DNA of 64,000 nt from Bacilli bacterium. Lineage in GTDB: Bacteria; Bacillota_I; Bacilli_A; RF39; UBA660. The position numbers and the translations under genes are program-made. Below are positions 1 through 9,531 of the stretch, piece by piece; the first letter of the stretch is position 1, and each line of letters opens with the position of its first letter. Where the stretch lies: contig JAFRIJ010000003.1 in the NCBI GenBank assembly GCA_017432825.1, forward strand, positions 73,187 to 137,186, written 5' to 3'. Under the pieces are notes generated by a model that ran no database searches, was not told the DNA's origin, and saw only the letters and a program-made list of their open reading frames with translations.

Positions 1-953
1 AAGAATTTGGGAATGTTAAGGATGTTAATATTAAAGATGATTATATTAAGATGATTACATCTTCTATTAATCTTGGAGATAGAAAAATTAAAGTTGTATA
101 TGATTGTGGTAATGGAACTACTTCTATAATTGCAGATGATATATTTAATATATTTAAAGATAAATTAGATTTAGTTCCTTTATTTAATGATAGCGATTCT
201 GATTTTCCTAATCATCATCCTGATCCTGCTGTTGAAGAAAATTTAACTAAGTTAAAGGAAAAGGTATTGGAAGTTGGTGCAGATGTTGGTGTAGCTTATG
301 ATGGTGATGGAGATAGAGTTGGCGTTATTGATAATAATGGTAATATGGTTGATATTGATAAATATATGATTATTATTTGGAGAGATTTAGTTAATAGAGA
401 TGTTACTAAGAAAACTTTTTATGATATTAAATGTGGTCTTTGTTTAAAGGATGAATTAGATAAATTAGGAATAGAGAATGAGTATTATAGGACTGGTAAT
501 TCTTATACTAAATTAAAAAGTTATGAGGGTAATTATCCTTTTAGTGGGGAATTATCTGGTCATGTATTTTTTAGAGATAAGTTTAATGGATATGATGATG
601 GAATATATGCATCTTTAAGACTAATTGAAATTCTTACAAATACTTATAAGAGTGTTGAAGAATTACTTTTAGGTATTAATAAATACTATACTACTCCTGA
701 GATAAAAGTAGGAGTATCTGATGATATTAAATTTAATATAATTGATAAAATTAGAGAGTATTGTGAAAAAAATAATTATAATATTATTACTATAGATGGT
801 GTTAAAGTTTTCTTTGATGATGGATCTGCTTTGGTTAGAGCATCTAATACTGGTCCTAATATTACTATGAGATTTGAAGCTAGAAGTGAAGAAAGGTTAG
901 AAATAATAAAGGATGAATTTATTAATTTGGTTAATAAATATGTTGAAGATTAA
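1..953 (+). CDS. Phosphomannomutase/phosphoglucomutase (5' part outside window)
   Basis: Motifs YDCGNG, FPNHHPDP, metal loop DGDGDR, GELSGH, VRASNTGP; frame is open to the window edge. Confidence 0.9.
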   Translation, partial: EFGNVKDVNIKDDYIKMITSSINLGDRKIKVVYDCGNGTTSIIADDIFNIFKDKLDLVPLFNDSDSDFPNHHPDPAVEENLTKLKEKVLEVGADVGVAYDGDGDRVGVIDNNGNMVDIDKYMIIIWRDLVNRDVTKKTFYDIKCGLCLKDELDKLGIENEYYRTGNSYTKLKSYEGNYPFSGELSGHVFFRDKFNGYDDGIYASLRLIEILTNTYKSVEELLLGINKYYTTPEIKVGVSDDIKFNIIDKIREYCEKNNYNIITIDGVKVFFDDGSALVRASNTGPNITMRFEARSEERLEIIKDEFINLVNKYVED

Positions 954-954
954 G

Positions 955-1527
955 ATGAAGAATATTATTAGTTTATTATTTATATTGTTTCTTTCTGTTT
1001 CTTTGTGTGCATGTAGTAATAATAGTATAAGTGGATTACATCATGTTAAGATTAGTATTATAGATTATGGTGATATTGAAATAGAGCTTGATGGTAATAA
1101 TGCGCCTGTTACTGTAGATAATTTTATTACTTTGGTTAAGGATGGATTTTATGATGGACTTACTTTTCATAGAATAATTAATGGTTTTATGATTCAGGGA
1201 GGAGATCCTGATGGTACTGGTTTTGGAGGATCTAGTAAAACTATTAAAGGTGAGTTTGCTGCTAATGGATATAATAATTCTATTAAGCATGTAAGAGGTG
1301 TTATTTCTATGGCTAGAAGTAATGATTACAATAGTGCTAGTAGTCAATTTTTTATAGTTCAAGAGGATAGTTCTCATTTAGATGGATTATATGCTGCTTT
1401 TGGGCATGTTACTAGTGGAATGGATATAGTTGATAAGATTGCTAAAGAAGTAAAGGTAGAAGATAATAATGGTACTGTTTTAAAGGAAAATCAACCTGTT
1501 ATTTCTAAAATAGAGTATTTGGATTAA
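955..1527 (+). CDS. Cyclophilin-type peptidyl-prolyl cis-trans isomerase, probable lipoprotein
   Basis: FYDGLTFHRIINGFMIQGGDP, SMAR, SQFFI, LDGLYAAFG; signal peptide with lipobox LCAC; ATG 955 preferred. Confidence 0.9.
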   Translation: MKNIISLLFILFLSVSLCACSNNSISGLHHVKISIIDYGDIEIELDGNNAPVTVDNFITLVKDGFYDGLTFHRIINGFMIQGGDPDGTGFGGSSKTIKGEFAANGYNNSIKHVRGVISMARSNDYNSASSQFFIVQEDSSHLDGLYAAFGHVTSGMDIVDKIAKEVKVEDNNGTVLKENQPVISKIEYLD

Positions 1528-1643
1528 AAAGTATATATATTATGCTTTTTAATTTTTTTTAAATCTAATATTAATTTTTAGTAAATTATTATTTTTTGGT
1601 AGGTGGTTATGTTATAATTTTTATATGATTAGGAGGTATATTT

Positions 1644-3827
1644 ATGTATGCTAGTGTTATTGTGGAGATTGGTGCTAAGAATGTTGATAGAACTTTTACA
1701 TATAGAGTGCCTTCTGATATGAAATCTTTTATTAAGATTGGTTCTAGGGTTAAGGTTAGTTTTGGTAAACAATTACTAGAGGGGTTTGTACTAGATTTAT
1801 TTAATGATATAGATAGTTGTGATTATGAAATAAAGGATATTATTGAGCTCGTTGATAAGAAACCTATTTTAAATGAAGAAATGTTAGAATTAGGTAAGGA
1901 AATTAGTAATTATACTTTATGTTCTTTGATTAGTGCTTATCAGGTAATGCTTCCTAAAGCATTAAAGGCTAGTTATGATACTAATATTAGTATTAAAACA
2001 AATAAATATTTAATATTAAATTGTAGTATTAATGATGCTAATAACTATCTTGTTAAGTGTAGATATGATGGACAGATTGATATTTTAAATAATATTATTA
2101 ATAATAAAGAAATTAAGATTAATAGAGTTGATAGTTCCGTTAAGACTTTAATTAAACATGGAATAGTTAAAATTATAGAAAAAGAATCTTATAGGTATAG
2201 ATATACTAGTAATAATAATGATTGTAGACATATTTTAAATGATGAACAAGAATATGCTGTTAAAAGGGTTTGCGATTGTTTTAATAAGTCTTCTACTTTT
2301 TTATTATATGGTGTTACTGGTAGTGGTAAAACTGAAGTATATATGAATATTATTGATAAGGTTGTCAATATTGGTAAGAGTGCTATAATGTTAGTTCCTG
2401 AGATTAGTTTAACTCCTCAAATTGTTGATAGATTTGTATCTAGGTTTGGTGATAAAGTTGCAATTCTTCATTCTGGTTTATCAGATGGTGAGAGATATGA
2501 TGAATATAGAAAAATAGTTAATGGGGAAGTATCTATTGTAGTTGGGGCAAGAAGTGCTATATTTGCTCCTTTAAAAGATATTGGAGTTATTATTATTGAT
2601 GAAGAACATTCTAGTACTTATAAGCAGGATAATAATCCTAGATATCATGCTAGAGATGTTGCTTTATTTAGATGTAAGTATCATAGTTGTCCTTTGGTAT
2701 TAGGTAGTGCCACACCATCTTTAGAGAGTATGGCTAGAGCGGGTAATAAGGTATATGAGCTTATTACATTAAAGAGACGTGCTAGTGGGGGATCTTTACC
2801 TAATGTATGTATTGTTGATATGAAAAATGAGATTAAACAAGGTAATTATATTTTTTCTTCTGTATTAGATAAAAAAATAAAAGAGAAACTTAGTAAGAAA
2901 GAACAAATTATTTTATTTTTAAATAGAAGAGGGTATTCTTCTATATATACTTGTAATACTTGTGGTAATGTTAGTAAGTGTCCTAATTGCGATATTAGTT
3001 TAACTTATCATAAATCTAGTGGAATGCTTAGATGTCATTATTGTGGTTATGCTATACGTAAATATAGTGAATGTCCTAATTGTCATAGTAAAGATTTAAT
3101 AGATTATGGTCTTGGTACTGAACAATTAGAAGAAGAACTTGTAAAAAGATATAAAGCTAGAGTTGTTAGAATGGATATGGATACTACTTCTAAAAAAGGA
3201 ACTCATCAGAAGATTATTGATGAATTTGGCAATTATAAATATGATATTTTAATTGGTACTCAGATGGTATCTAAAGGACTTGATTTTCCTATGGTTACTT
3301 TGGTTGGCGTTATTAATGCAGATGCTAGTTTAAATATTCCTGATTTTAGAAGTAGTGAAAGAACTTTTCAATTGTTATGTCAGGTTAGTGGTAGAGCGGG
3401 TAGATCTATAAGAGATGGAGAGGTTGTTATTCAATCTTATAATAATAATCATTATAGTATTATGTTAGCGAAGAATCATGATTATTTATCGTTTTATATG
3501 GAAGAAATGAAAATTAGAAAACAACTTAATTATAGTCCTTATTATTATATTATTTTAGTTAATATTATGAGTAAAGATTATGAATATAGTTTTAGTGAAG
3601 CTAAAAAAATTGGAGAATTTCTTAGAACTAATTTGAGTGATGATACATTTGTTTTAGGACCTGCTATGGCTAATCCTTTTAAAGTTAATAATGTATATCA
3701 CCATCAATGTATTATTAAATATAAGAAAGATAATAAATTAAGGGATACTTTAATTATGTTAGATAATCATTATAAGTTTAATAATAAAATTAATGTTGAA
3801 ATAGATATTGATCCTAATAAGTGTTGA
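1644..3827 (+). CDS. priA: Primosomal protein N' (PriA)
   Basis: GVTGSGKTEVY, DEEH, LGSATPS, two CxxC Zn knuckles, QVSGRAGR; AGGAGG RBS. Confidence 0.96.
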   Translation: MYASVIVEIGAKNVDRTFTYRVPSDMKSFIKIGSRVKVSFGKQLLEGFVLDLFNDIDSCDYEIKDIIELVDKKPILNEEMLELGKEISNYTLCSLISAYQVMLPKALKASYDTNISIKTNKYLILNCSINDANNYLVKCRYDGQIDILNNIINNKEIKINRVDSSVKTLIKHGIVKIIEKESYRYRYTSNNNDCRHILNDEQEYAVKRVCDCFNKSSTFLLYGVTGSGKTEVYMNIIDKVVNIGKSAIMLVPEISLTPQIVDRFVSRFGDKVAILHSGLSDGERYDEYRKIVNGEVSIVVGARSAIFAPLKDIGVIIIDEEHSSTYKQDNNPRYHARDVALFRCKYHSCPLVLGSATPSLESMARAGNKVYELITLKRRASGGSLPNVCIVDMKNEIKQGNYIFSSVLDKKIKEKLSKKEQIILFLNRRGYSSIYTCNTCGNVSKCPNCDISLTYHKSSGMLRCHYCGYAIRKYSECPNCHSKDLIDYGLGTEQLEEELVKRYKARVVRMDMDTTSKKGTHQKIIDEFGNYKYDILIGTQMVSKGLDFPMVTLVGVINADASLNIPDFRSSERTFQLLCQVSGRAGRSIRDGEVVIQSYNNNHYSIMLAKNHDYLSFYMEEMKIRKQLNYSPYYYIILVNIMSKDYEYSFSEAKKIGEFLRTNLSDDTFVLGPAMANPFKVNNVYHHQCIIKYKKDNKLRDTLIMLDNHYKFNNKINVEIDIDPNKC

Positions 3828-3879
3828 CTTTTTTTAAAAATTGTAATATAATCGGTTATTATTTTTATTTGGAGGATAT

Positions 3880-5328
3880 ATGAGTATTACGGTTAAAGAT
3901 TTTTTTGATAAAGTCAATAGTTATAATGCTGAAAGTTTTGCAGATGTTAAACGTGCTTATGAACTTGCCGAAAGACTTCATAAGGGACAATATAGACAAA
4001 GTGGTGAGGAGTATATAACTCATCCGTTGGAAGTTGCCTATATTTTGGCTGATATGTATGTAGATAGTGCTACTTTATGTGCTGCTTTACTCCATGATAC
4101 AGTAGAAGATACTGATATTACTTTAGATGAAATTAGAGAAATATTTAATGATGATGTTGCTACTTTGGTTGATGGTGTTACTAAGATTAGTAAATTGAAT
4201 TTTTCTTGTGCTAGTGATGAACATAATGCTAATATGAGAAAAATTATTACAAGTATTACTAAAGATATTAGAATTATTATTATTAAACTTGCTGATAGGC
4301 TTCATAATATGAGAACTTTGCAATATAAGAGTCATGAGAAGCAAATTGAAAATTCAAAGGAAACAATGGATTTATATGTTAATTTAGCTTATAATATTGG
4401 AGCATATAAGATAAAAAGAGAATTAGAGGATTTATCTTTTAAGTATATTAATAATTGTGAATATAATAGAATTAATGAAAAGAGAAGTAGTATTATATTA
4501 AAAAATAAAGATGTTATTAATGAGATGAATAGCAATATTAAGAGAGAATTATATAATTATGGTATTTTTTGTAATAGTAGTATTTTATATAAAAATGTTT
4601 ATGGTATATATAAGCATCTAATTAATGGAAATAATATTAATTATTTAGATGATTTGGTATCTTTAATTTATACAATGGATGATAAGATTGATTGTTATAC
4701 TTCCTTGGGAATAGTTCATGATTTATATAGGCCTATTAATGATAAGATTAGAGATTATATTAGTAGACCTAAGACTAATATGTATAGTTCTTTACATACT
4801 ACTGTTTTTGGACTTAATAATACTTTAGTTAAGATTTTAATTAGAACTAATGCAATGGATAAAGTTGCTAATAATGGTATTTGTGCTTATTGGGATATGT
4901 ATAGAGGGGGAGCTAGAGTTAGAATGCAAAATGATATTGAGAGTAAATATCAATTTTTTAATTCTATTGTACAAATAAATGATATGTTTCCTAATAATAG
5001 TGATTTTGCTAAAAAAGTTAATGATGAATTATTTAGTAATAAAATTTATGTTTATACTATTTCTGGAGATGTTGTTGAACTTCCTATTGGTTCTACTGTA
5101 TTAGATTTTATGTATAAGTGTGATCTTAATAAGGATAATTCTGTTTGTACCGCATTAGTTAATAATATTTTGGTTGATTTAAATTATGTTTTACAAGATA
5201 ATGATAAGATTATGTTAATTAATAACAAAGCTTTAGTTAATCCTAATGTAGAGTGGGAAAAGGATGTTAAAACTTCTTTAGCTAAGAAAAAAGTAAGAGA
5301 ACTAAGTAATTATTTGTTGACAAAATAA
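3880..5328 (+). CDS. RelA/SpoT homologue: intact HD hydrolase, degenerate synthetase, TGS-like domain, no ZFD/ACT
   Basis: RQSGEEYITHP, HDTVED, KLADRLHNMRT; synthetase region DYISRPK..YSSLHT but KILIRT in place of EIQIRT. Confidence 0.85.
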   Translation: MSITVKDFFDKVNSYNAESFADVKRAYELAERLHKGQYRQSGEEYITHPLEVAYILADMYVDSATLCAALLHDTVEDTDITLDEIREIFNDDVATLVDGVTKISKLNFSCASDEHNANMRKIITSITKDIRIIIIKLADRLHNMRTLQYKSHEKQIENSKETMDLYVNLAYNIGAYKIKRELEDLSFKYINNCEYNRINEKRSSIILKNKDVINEMNSNIKRELYNYGIFCNSSILYKNVYGIYKHLINGNNINYLDDLVSLIYTMDDKIDCYTSLGIVHDLYRPINDKIRDYISRPKTNMYSSLHTTVFGLNNTLVKILIRTNAMDKVANNGICAYWDMYRGGARVRMQNDIESKYQFFNSIVQINDMFPNNSDFAKKVNDELFSNKIYVYTISGDVVELPIGSTVLDFMYKCDLNKDNSVCTALVNNILVDLNYVLQDNDKIMLINNKALVNPNVEWEKDVKTSLAKKKVRELSNYLLTK

Positions 5329-5345
5329 TAATATTATAATATAAT
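5317..5345 (+). promoter_or_regulatory. SigA promoter of infC-rpmI-rplT
   Basis: TTGACA (5317-5322), 17 nt spacer, TATAAT (5340-5345). Confidence 0.8.
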
Positions 5346-5478
5346 ATTTGACGAAGTGAAGGAAAGAAGATTTATTTATCTCACCCGATTGTCTTAGATA
5401 ATGGGTTAAAAGCCAATAAATTATTATAGTTTTATTGTTTTTTTGTGAGATGAATACTGTCTTTGGTATTCATTTTTG
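5346..5478 (+). ncRNA. L20 leader (autoregulatory RNA of infC-rpmI-rplT)
   Basis: Position upstream of infC; AGAAG..TCTCACCCGATTG..GGGT resembles the Bacillus L20 leader; ends in hairpin ATGAATAC..GTATTCAT followed by a T-run. Confidence 0.65.
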
Positions 5479-5496
5479 TTTGTGGAGGTGTTTGTT

Positions 5497-6018
5497 ATAG
5501 TAAATAATAAAGATAACTTAATTAATGAACAAATTAGGTGTAAAGAAATGATGGTTATTGGACCTAATGGGGAACAGTTAGGTATTAAGAGTAGACAGGA
5601 TGCTTTAACTTTAGCGGGTTATGCTGGATTTGATTTGGTTTTAATGAATGAAAGTTCTAATCCACCTGTATGTAAGATTATGGATTTTAATAGATTTAAA
5701 TATGAAAAAAAGAAAAAAGCTAAGGAAGCATTGAAGAAACAACGTGAAGCTATTGTTGATATTAAAGAATTTAGATTATCTGTTACAATTGATAAACATG
5801 ATTTTGATACTAGGGTTAATAATGCTAAAAAGGCTCTTTTAAGAGGAGATAAAGTTAAGGTAACTATTCGCTTTAAAGGACGTCAAATTGCTCATCCTGA
5901 GCTTGCTACTGACGTTTTGGTTAAATTTGAAGAAGCTTTAAATGATGTAGCGGAAGTTGAAATTAAACCTAAGATGGAAGGTAGAAGTATCTTTATGCAA
6001 TTAACACCAAAAAAATAA
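5497..6018 (+). CDS. infC: Translation initiation factor IF-3 (non-AUG start ATA)
   Basis: INEQIR, PPVCKIMD, KVKVTIRFKGRQ; GGAGGTG RBS 6 nt before in-frame ATA 5497, typical of infC. Confidence 0.95.
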   Translation: MVNNKDNLINEQIRCKEMMVIGPNGEQLGIKSRQDALTLAGYAGFDLVLMNESSNPPVCKIMDFNRFKYEKKKKAKEALKKQREAIVDIKEFRLSVTIDKHDFDTRVNNAKKALLRGDKVKVTIRFKGRQIAHPELATDVLVKFEEALNDVAEVEIKPKMEGRSIFMQLTPKK

Positions 6019-6038
6019 AAACAAAAGGAGAATTAATT

Positions 6039-6254
6039 ATGGCAAAGAAAATTAAAATGAAGAAAAACAAAATGAAAACTCATAAGGGTTTAAAGAAAGT
6101 ATTAAATATTAGACAAAGTGGCTCTATTTCTGTTTCTAGTCAAGGTGTTCGTCATAATACTGGTAAGAATAGTGCTAAGAGAAGTAGACAAAAGAGAAAA
6201 AATAATGTTTTAAATAATTCTGATTTTAAGAGAGTTAAGAGTTTAGTTAAGTAG
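6039..6254 (+). CDS. rpmI: 50S ribosomal protein bL35 (divergent)
   Basis: KMKTHKG motif; lies between infC and rplT. Confidence 0.9.
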   Translation: MAKKIKMKKNKMKTHKGLKKVLNIRQSGSISVSSQGVRHNTGKNSAKRSRQKRKNNVLNNSDFKRVKSLVK

Positions 6255-6268
6255 AGGAGGATGTTAGT

Positions 6269-6778
6269 ATGACGAGAGTTAAGGGTGGCACAGTTGCACG
6301 TGCAAGAAGAAAAAAAGTATTAAAAGAAGCAAAGGGTTACTTTGGTAGTAAGCATAGATTATATAAGACTGCACATGAACAAGTTATGCATTCTGGTCAA
6401 TATGCTTTTAGAGATAGAAGACAAAATAAAAGAAACTTTAGAAAATTATGGATTACTAGAATTAATGCTCAATGTCGTGAAAATGAGATTAGTTATTCTA
6501 AATTTATTAATGGATTAAATAAAGCTGGAATTACTATTAATAGAAAGATGTTAGCAGAGCTTGCTATAGATCAAAAGGAAGCTTTTAGTGATTTAGTAAG
6601 TATTTCTAAAGATGCTTTAGCAGGTAAGAGTTATACTCCTAAAACTGTAAAAGCTGAAGTTAAAGAAGAAAAGAAAGAGACTGTTAAAAAGTCTACTGCT
6701 AAGAAAGAAACTGTAAAAAAGGAAACAACTAAGAAGCCTGCTACTAAGAAAACTACTACTAAGAAAGAAAGTAAATAA
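6269..6778 (+). CDS. rplT: 50S ribosomal protein bL20 with Lys/Thr-rich C-terminal extension
   Basis: [34 protein letters not shown]; ~50 extra aa of KKET/KKTT repeats. Confidence 0.96.
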   Translation: MTRVKGGTVARARRKKVLKEAKGYFGSKHRLYKTAHEQVMHSGQYAFRDRRQNKRNFRKLWITRINAQCRENEISYSKFINGLNKAGITINRKMLAELAIDQKEAFSDLVSISKDALAGKSYTPKTVKAEVKEEKKETVKKSTAKKETVKKETTKKPATKKTTTKKESK

Positions 6779-6797
6779 GCATCATCTGATGCTTTTT
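6777..6797 (+). terminator. Intrinsic terminator after rplT
   Basis: AAGCATCA-TC-TGATGCTT followed by a T-run. Confidence 0.7.
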
Positions 6798-6852
6798 ATT
6801 TGACTTTTTTGTTAATTTGTAGTAAAATATCTAATCACTTAGGGGTGATAAT

Positions 6853-7644
6853 ATGAGTAATAGTAAACAAATAAATAGATTAAGATATTTATCTACTGTT
6901 TTAGGTATGTCTTTTGTTATTGGGTTTACTGGTTGTGGTAAAACTAATGATATGTCTTTTGGTAAAACAATGTATGGAGTTTGTGATAATACTTGTTTTG
7001 ATGAATTAGTGGGTAATGATTATATTAAATTATTATCTAATTTAGAATTATATCTTGAGTGTTCTGATAGTTTAAATAATTTTAGTTTGGAGGATAACAC
7101 TATCTCTACTGATTATAGAAATTGTCAATTGTTTGATGCTGATTATTTATTATCTTTAATTGAAGATTATGAAAATAAAGATTATAACACTTATTCTAAA
7201 GATGAACTAAATAATATTTTATATATTCAAAATAAATTAGTTAATGAACATATTTATTTTAATGGATATGATGTTGTTTCTTATGGTGCATTAATGGGAG
7301 TTAAAGCTTCTATTGCTGATACTGTTGGATTAACTTATGAAGAAGCTAAAAATATTAAAATTATGAATAAGAAAGATTTTGATACTGTTGCTACTGATTT
7401 TAATCCTACTATTAATATTAATGTTGGTAATGATATTGTTGATATTGGAAAATGTAGTGAGCTTGTTGATTTAATTTATATTAATTATGATGTTCAAACT
7501 AATGCTAGTAAGGTAAGTCCTGATGCTAGACCAGTATATAATAAAGATAGAAACAAATTATTGAAAGATGCTATAAATAAATTAAAAATATGTTTAACTT
7601 CTGAATATAAAATTGATCAGAAAAGAAGAATTAAAAATAAGTAA
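6853..7644 (+). CDS. Hypothetical protein, probable lipoprotein
   Basis: Signal peptide ending FTGC; own promoter TTGACT-17-TAAAAT (6800-6828) and RBS. Confidence 0.7.
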   Translation: MSNSKQINRLRYLSTVLGMSFVIGFTGCGKTNDMSFGKTMYGVCDNTCFDELVGNDYIKLLSNLELYLECSDSLNNFSLEDNTISTDYRNCQLFDADYLLSLIEDYENKDYNTYSKDELNNILYIQNKLVNEHIYFNGYDVVSYGALMGVKASIADTVGLTYEEAKNIKIMNKKDFDTVATDFNPTININVGNDIVDIGKCSELVDLIYINYDVQTNASKVSPDARPVYNKDRNKLLKDAINKLKICLTSEYKIDQKRRIKNK

Positions 7645-7699
7645 AAAATAGCTAGTATTTTAGCTATTTTTTTTGTATAATATTATTATAGGTGATAAT

Positions 7700-9466
7700 A
7701 TGATTGGGAAGATAATTAGTATTATGGGGAATGAGGTTAAAATTAAACTAGAAACTAATGTTTATAATCTTGATAATATTATGGGTAAAAATGTTATTTT
7801 TGAAGATAATAATTTAAAAATTGTAGGAGAGATTATAGAGGGTGATTATACTTATCTTAATATTAAAATTATTGGTGAAATAACTAATAATAATTTTATA
7901 TATGGTAGTATGATTAGGCCTTCTTTTAATGATGTTTGTCGTTTTATTACTAAAGAAGAATTAGATATTGTTTTTCAAAATGATCCTAATACTAACTTAA
8001 TATCTTTAGGAGAATCTGTTATATATAGAAATTATAAGATTTCATTAGATGTTAATACTTTCTTTTCTAATCATTTTGCTATTTTAGGAAATAGTGGTGC
8101 TGGTAAGAGTTATTCAGTTTCTCATATTTTACAGAATGTTTTTTATGAGGCTAAAAATAAGCTTCCTTTTAGGACTAATATTTTTCTTTTTGATGCATAT
8201 GGAGAATACCAACCTGCTTTCTTTGAAATAGGTAAGAATAATTCAAATATTAATTATAAAGTTGTTACTACTGATTTAAATAATAATGAATTTACTCATC
8301 TAAGTATTCCTTTTTGGTTACTTACTACTGATGATATTGCATTGCTTCTTAATTGTGATGATGAAAATCAGGTACCTATTATTGAAAAGGCTTTAAAGTT
8401 AGTTGCGTTTTTTACTCAAGATGAAGAAAAGGTTCTTGATCAAAAGAATGATATTATTGCTAGAAGTGTTTTGGATATTATATTTTCAGGTAAGAGTCCA
8501 AGTGAAATTAGGAATCAACTTACTTCTGTTTTGACTAAGTTTCAAACTAAGGATATAAATTTGGAAATACCACTTACTAAAGGTGGTTGGACAAGGACTA
8601 TTAGACAATGTTTATATATTGAGGAATCTGGAAAATTTGCTGATATTGAATTAGTTATTGAATATTTAGAGACTTTTACTAATAATGAATTTGAACTTTC
8701 TATGCCAGATGGTAGTTTTGCTTATGGTCTTAAGGAATTTGCTTTAGCATTGGAGTTTGCTTTAATTAGTGAAGGTATTTTGACTAGTCAAAAGATATTT
8801 AATTATGCTAATGTACTTAGAATTAGATTAAATACTTTAATTAATAGTGATTATGCTAAATTTTTTGAATATCCTGTATTTGTTAATAGAGAGGGATTTA
8901 TTAGGGAGCTTCTTACTGTTTCTGGTAATAGAAAAGCTCAAATAATTAATTTTAATATTAATTATGTTGATGATAGATTTGCTAAAAATTTAGTTAAGAT
9001 ATATTCTAAATTGTTATTTGATTATGTTGCTAAATTAAAGAATAGGGGGTCTGTTGCTTTTCATATTTTATTAGAAGAAGCTCATAGGTATGTACAAGAT
9101 GATATTGATGTTAGGTTATTTGGATATAATATATTTGAAAGAATTACTAAAGAGGGTAGAAAGTATGGTATATTATTAGGACTTATTACTCAGAGACCTT
9201 CTGAGTTATCTGAAACCGCTATTAGTCAATGTAGTAATTTCTTGATTTTTAAGATGTTTCATAATGATGATTTAGCTTTTATATCTTCTTTGCTACCTAA
9301 TATTAATAGTGATTTTATTTCTAGACTTAAGACGTTTCACTCTGGTATGTGTGTGGCGTATGGTAGTGCTTTTAAAATGCCAGTTATAGTTAAGATTGAT
9401 GAACCAAATCCTGTTCCTTTGAGTCAGAATGTTGATATATCTAAAACTTGGTATGTTAATCAATAG
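7700..9466 (+). CDS. HerA-like (DUF87) ATPase
   Basis: N-terminal HAS-barrel-like region, Walker A GNSGAGKS, Walker B LLEEAH, RITKEGRKYG, TQRPSEL. Confidence 0.85.
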   Translation: MIGKIISIMGNEVKIKLETNVYNLDNIMGKNVIFEDNNLKIVGEIIEGDYTYLNIKIIGEITNNNFIYGSMIRPSFNDVCRFITKEELDIVFQNDPNTNLISLGESVIYRNYKISLDVNTFFSNHFAILGNSGAGKSYSVSHILQNVFYEAKNKLPFRTNIFLFDAYGEYQPAFFEIGKNNSNINYKVVTTDLNNNEFTHLSIPFWLLTTDDIALLLNCDDENQVPIIEKALKLVAFFTQDEEKVLDQKNDIIARSVLDIIFSGKSPSEIRNQLTSVLTKFQTKDINLEIPLTKGGWTRTIRQCLYIEESGKFADIELVIEYLETFTNNEFELSMPDGSFAYGLKEFALALEFALISEGILTSQKIFNYANVLRIRLNTLINSDYAKFFEYPVFVNREGFIRELLTVSGNRKAQIINFNINYVDDRFAKNLVKIYSKLLFDYVAKLKNRGSVAFHILLEEAHRYVQDDIDVRLFGYNIFERITKEGRKYGILLGLITQRPSELSETAISQCSNFLIFKMFHNDDLAFISSLLPNINSDFISRLKTFHSGMCVAYGSAFKMPVIVKIDEPNPVPLSQNVDISKTWYVNQ

Positions 9467-9469
9467 GAT

Positions 9470-9498
9470 TTGACATTGTATTTATTAAATGTTAAAAT
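9470..9498 (+). promoter_or_regulatory. SigA promoter of hisS-argS
   Basis: TTGACA, 17 nt spacer, TG-n-TAAAAT. Confidence 0.75.
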
Positions 9499-9531
9499 AC
9501 ATTGTCATATTATATATGAAAAGGTGATGTT

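Noticed and set aside
9467-9531. T-box upstream of hisS-argS
   Set aside because: Only ~30 nt between the promoter and the start codon; no T-box motif
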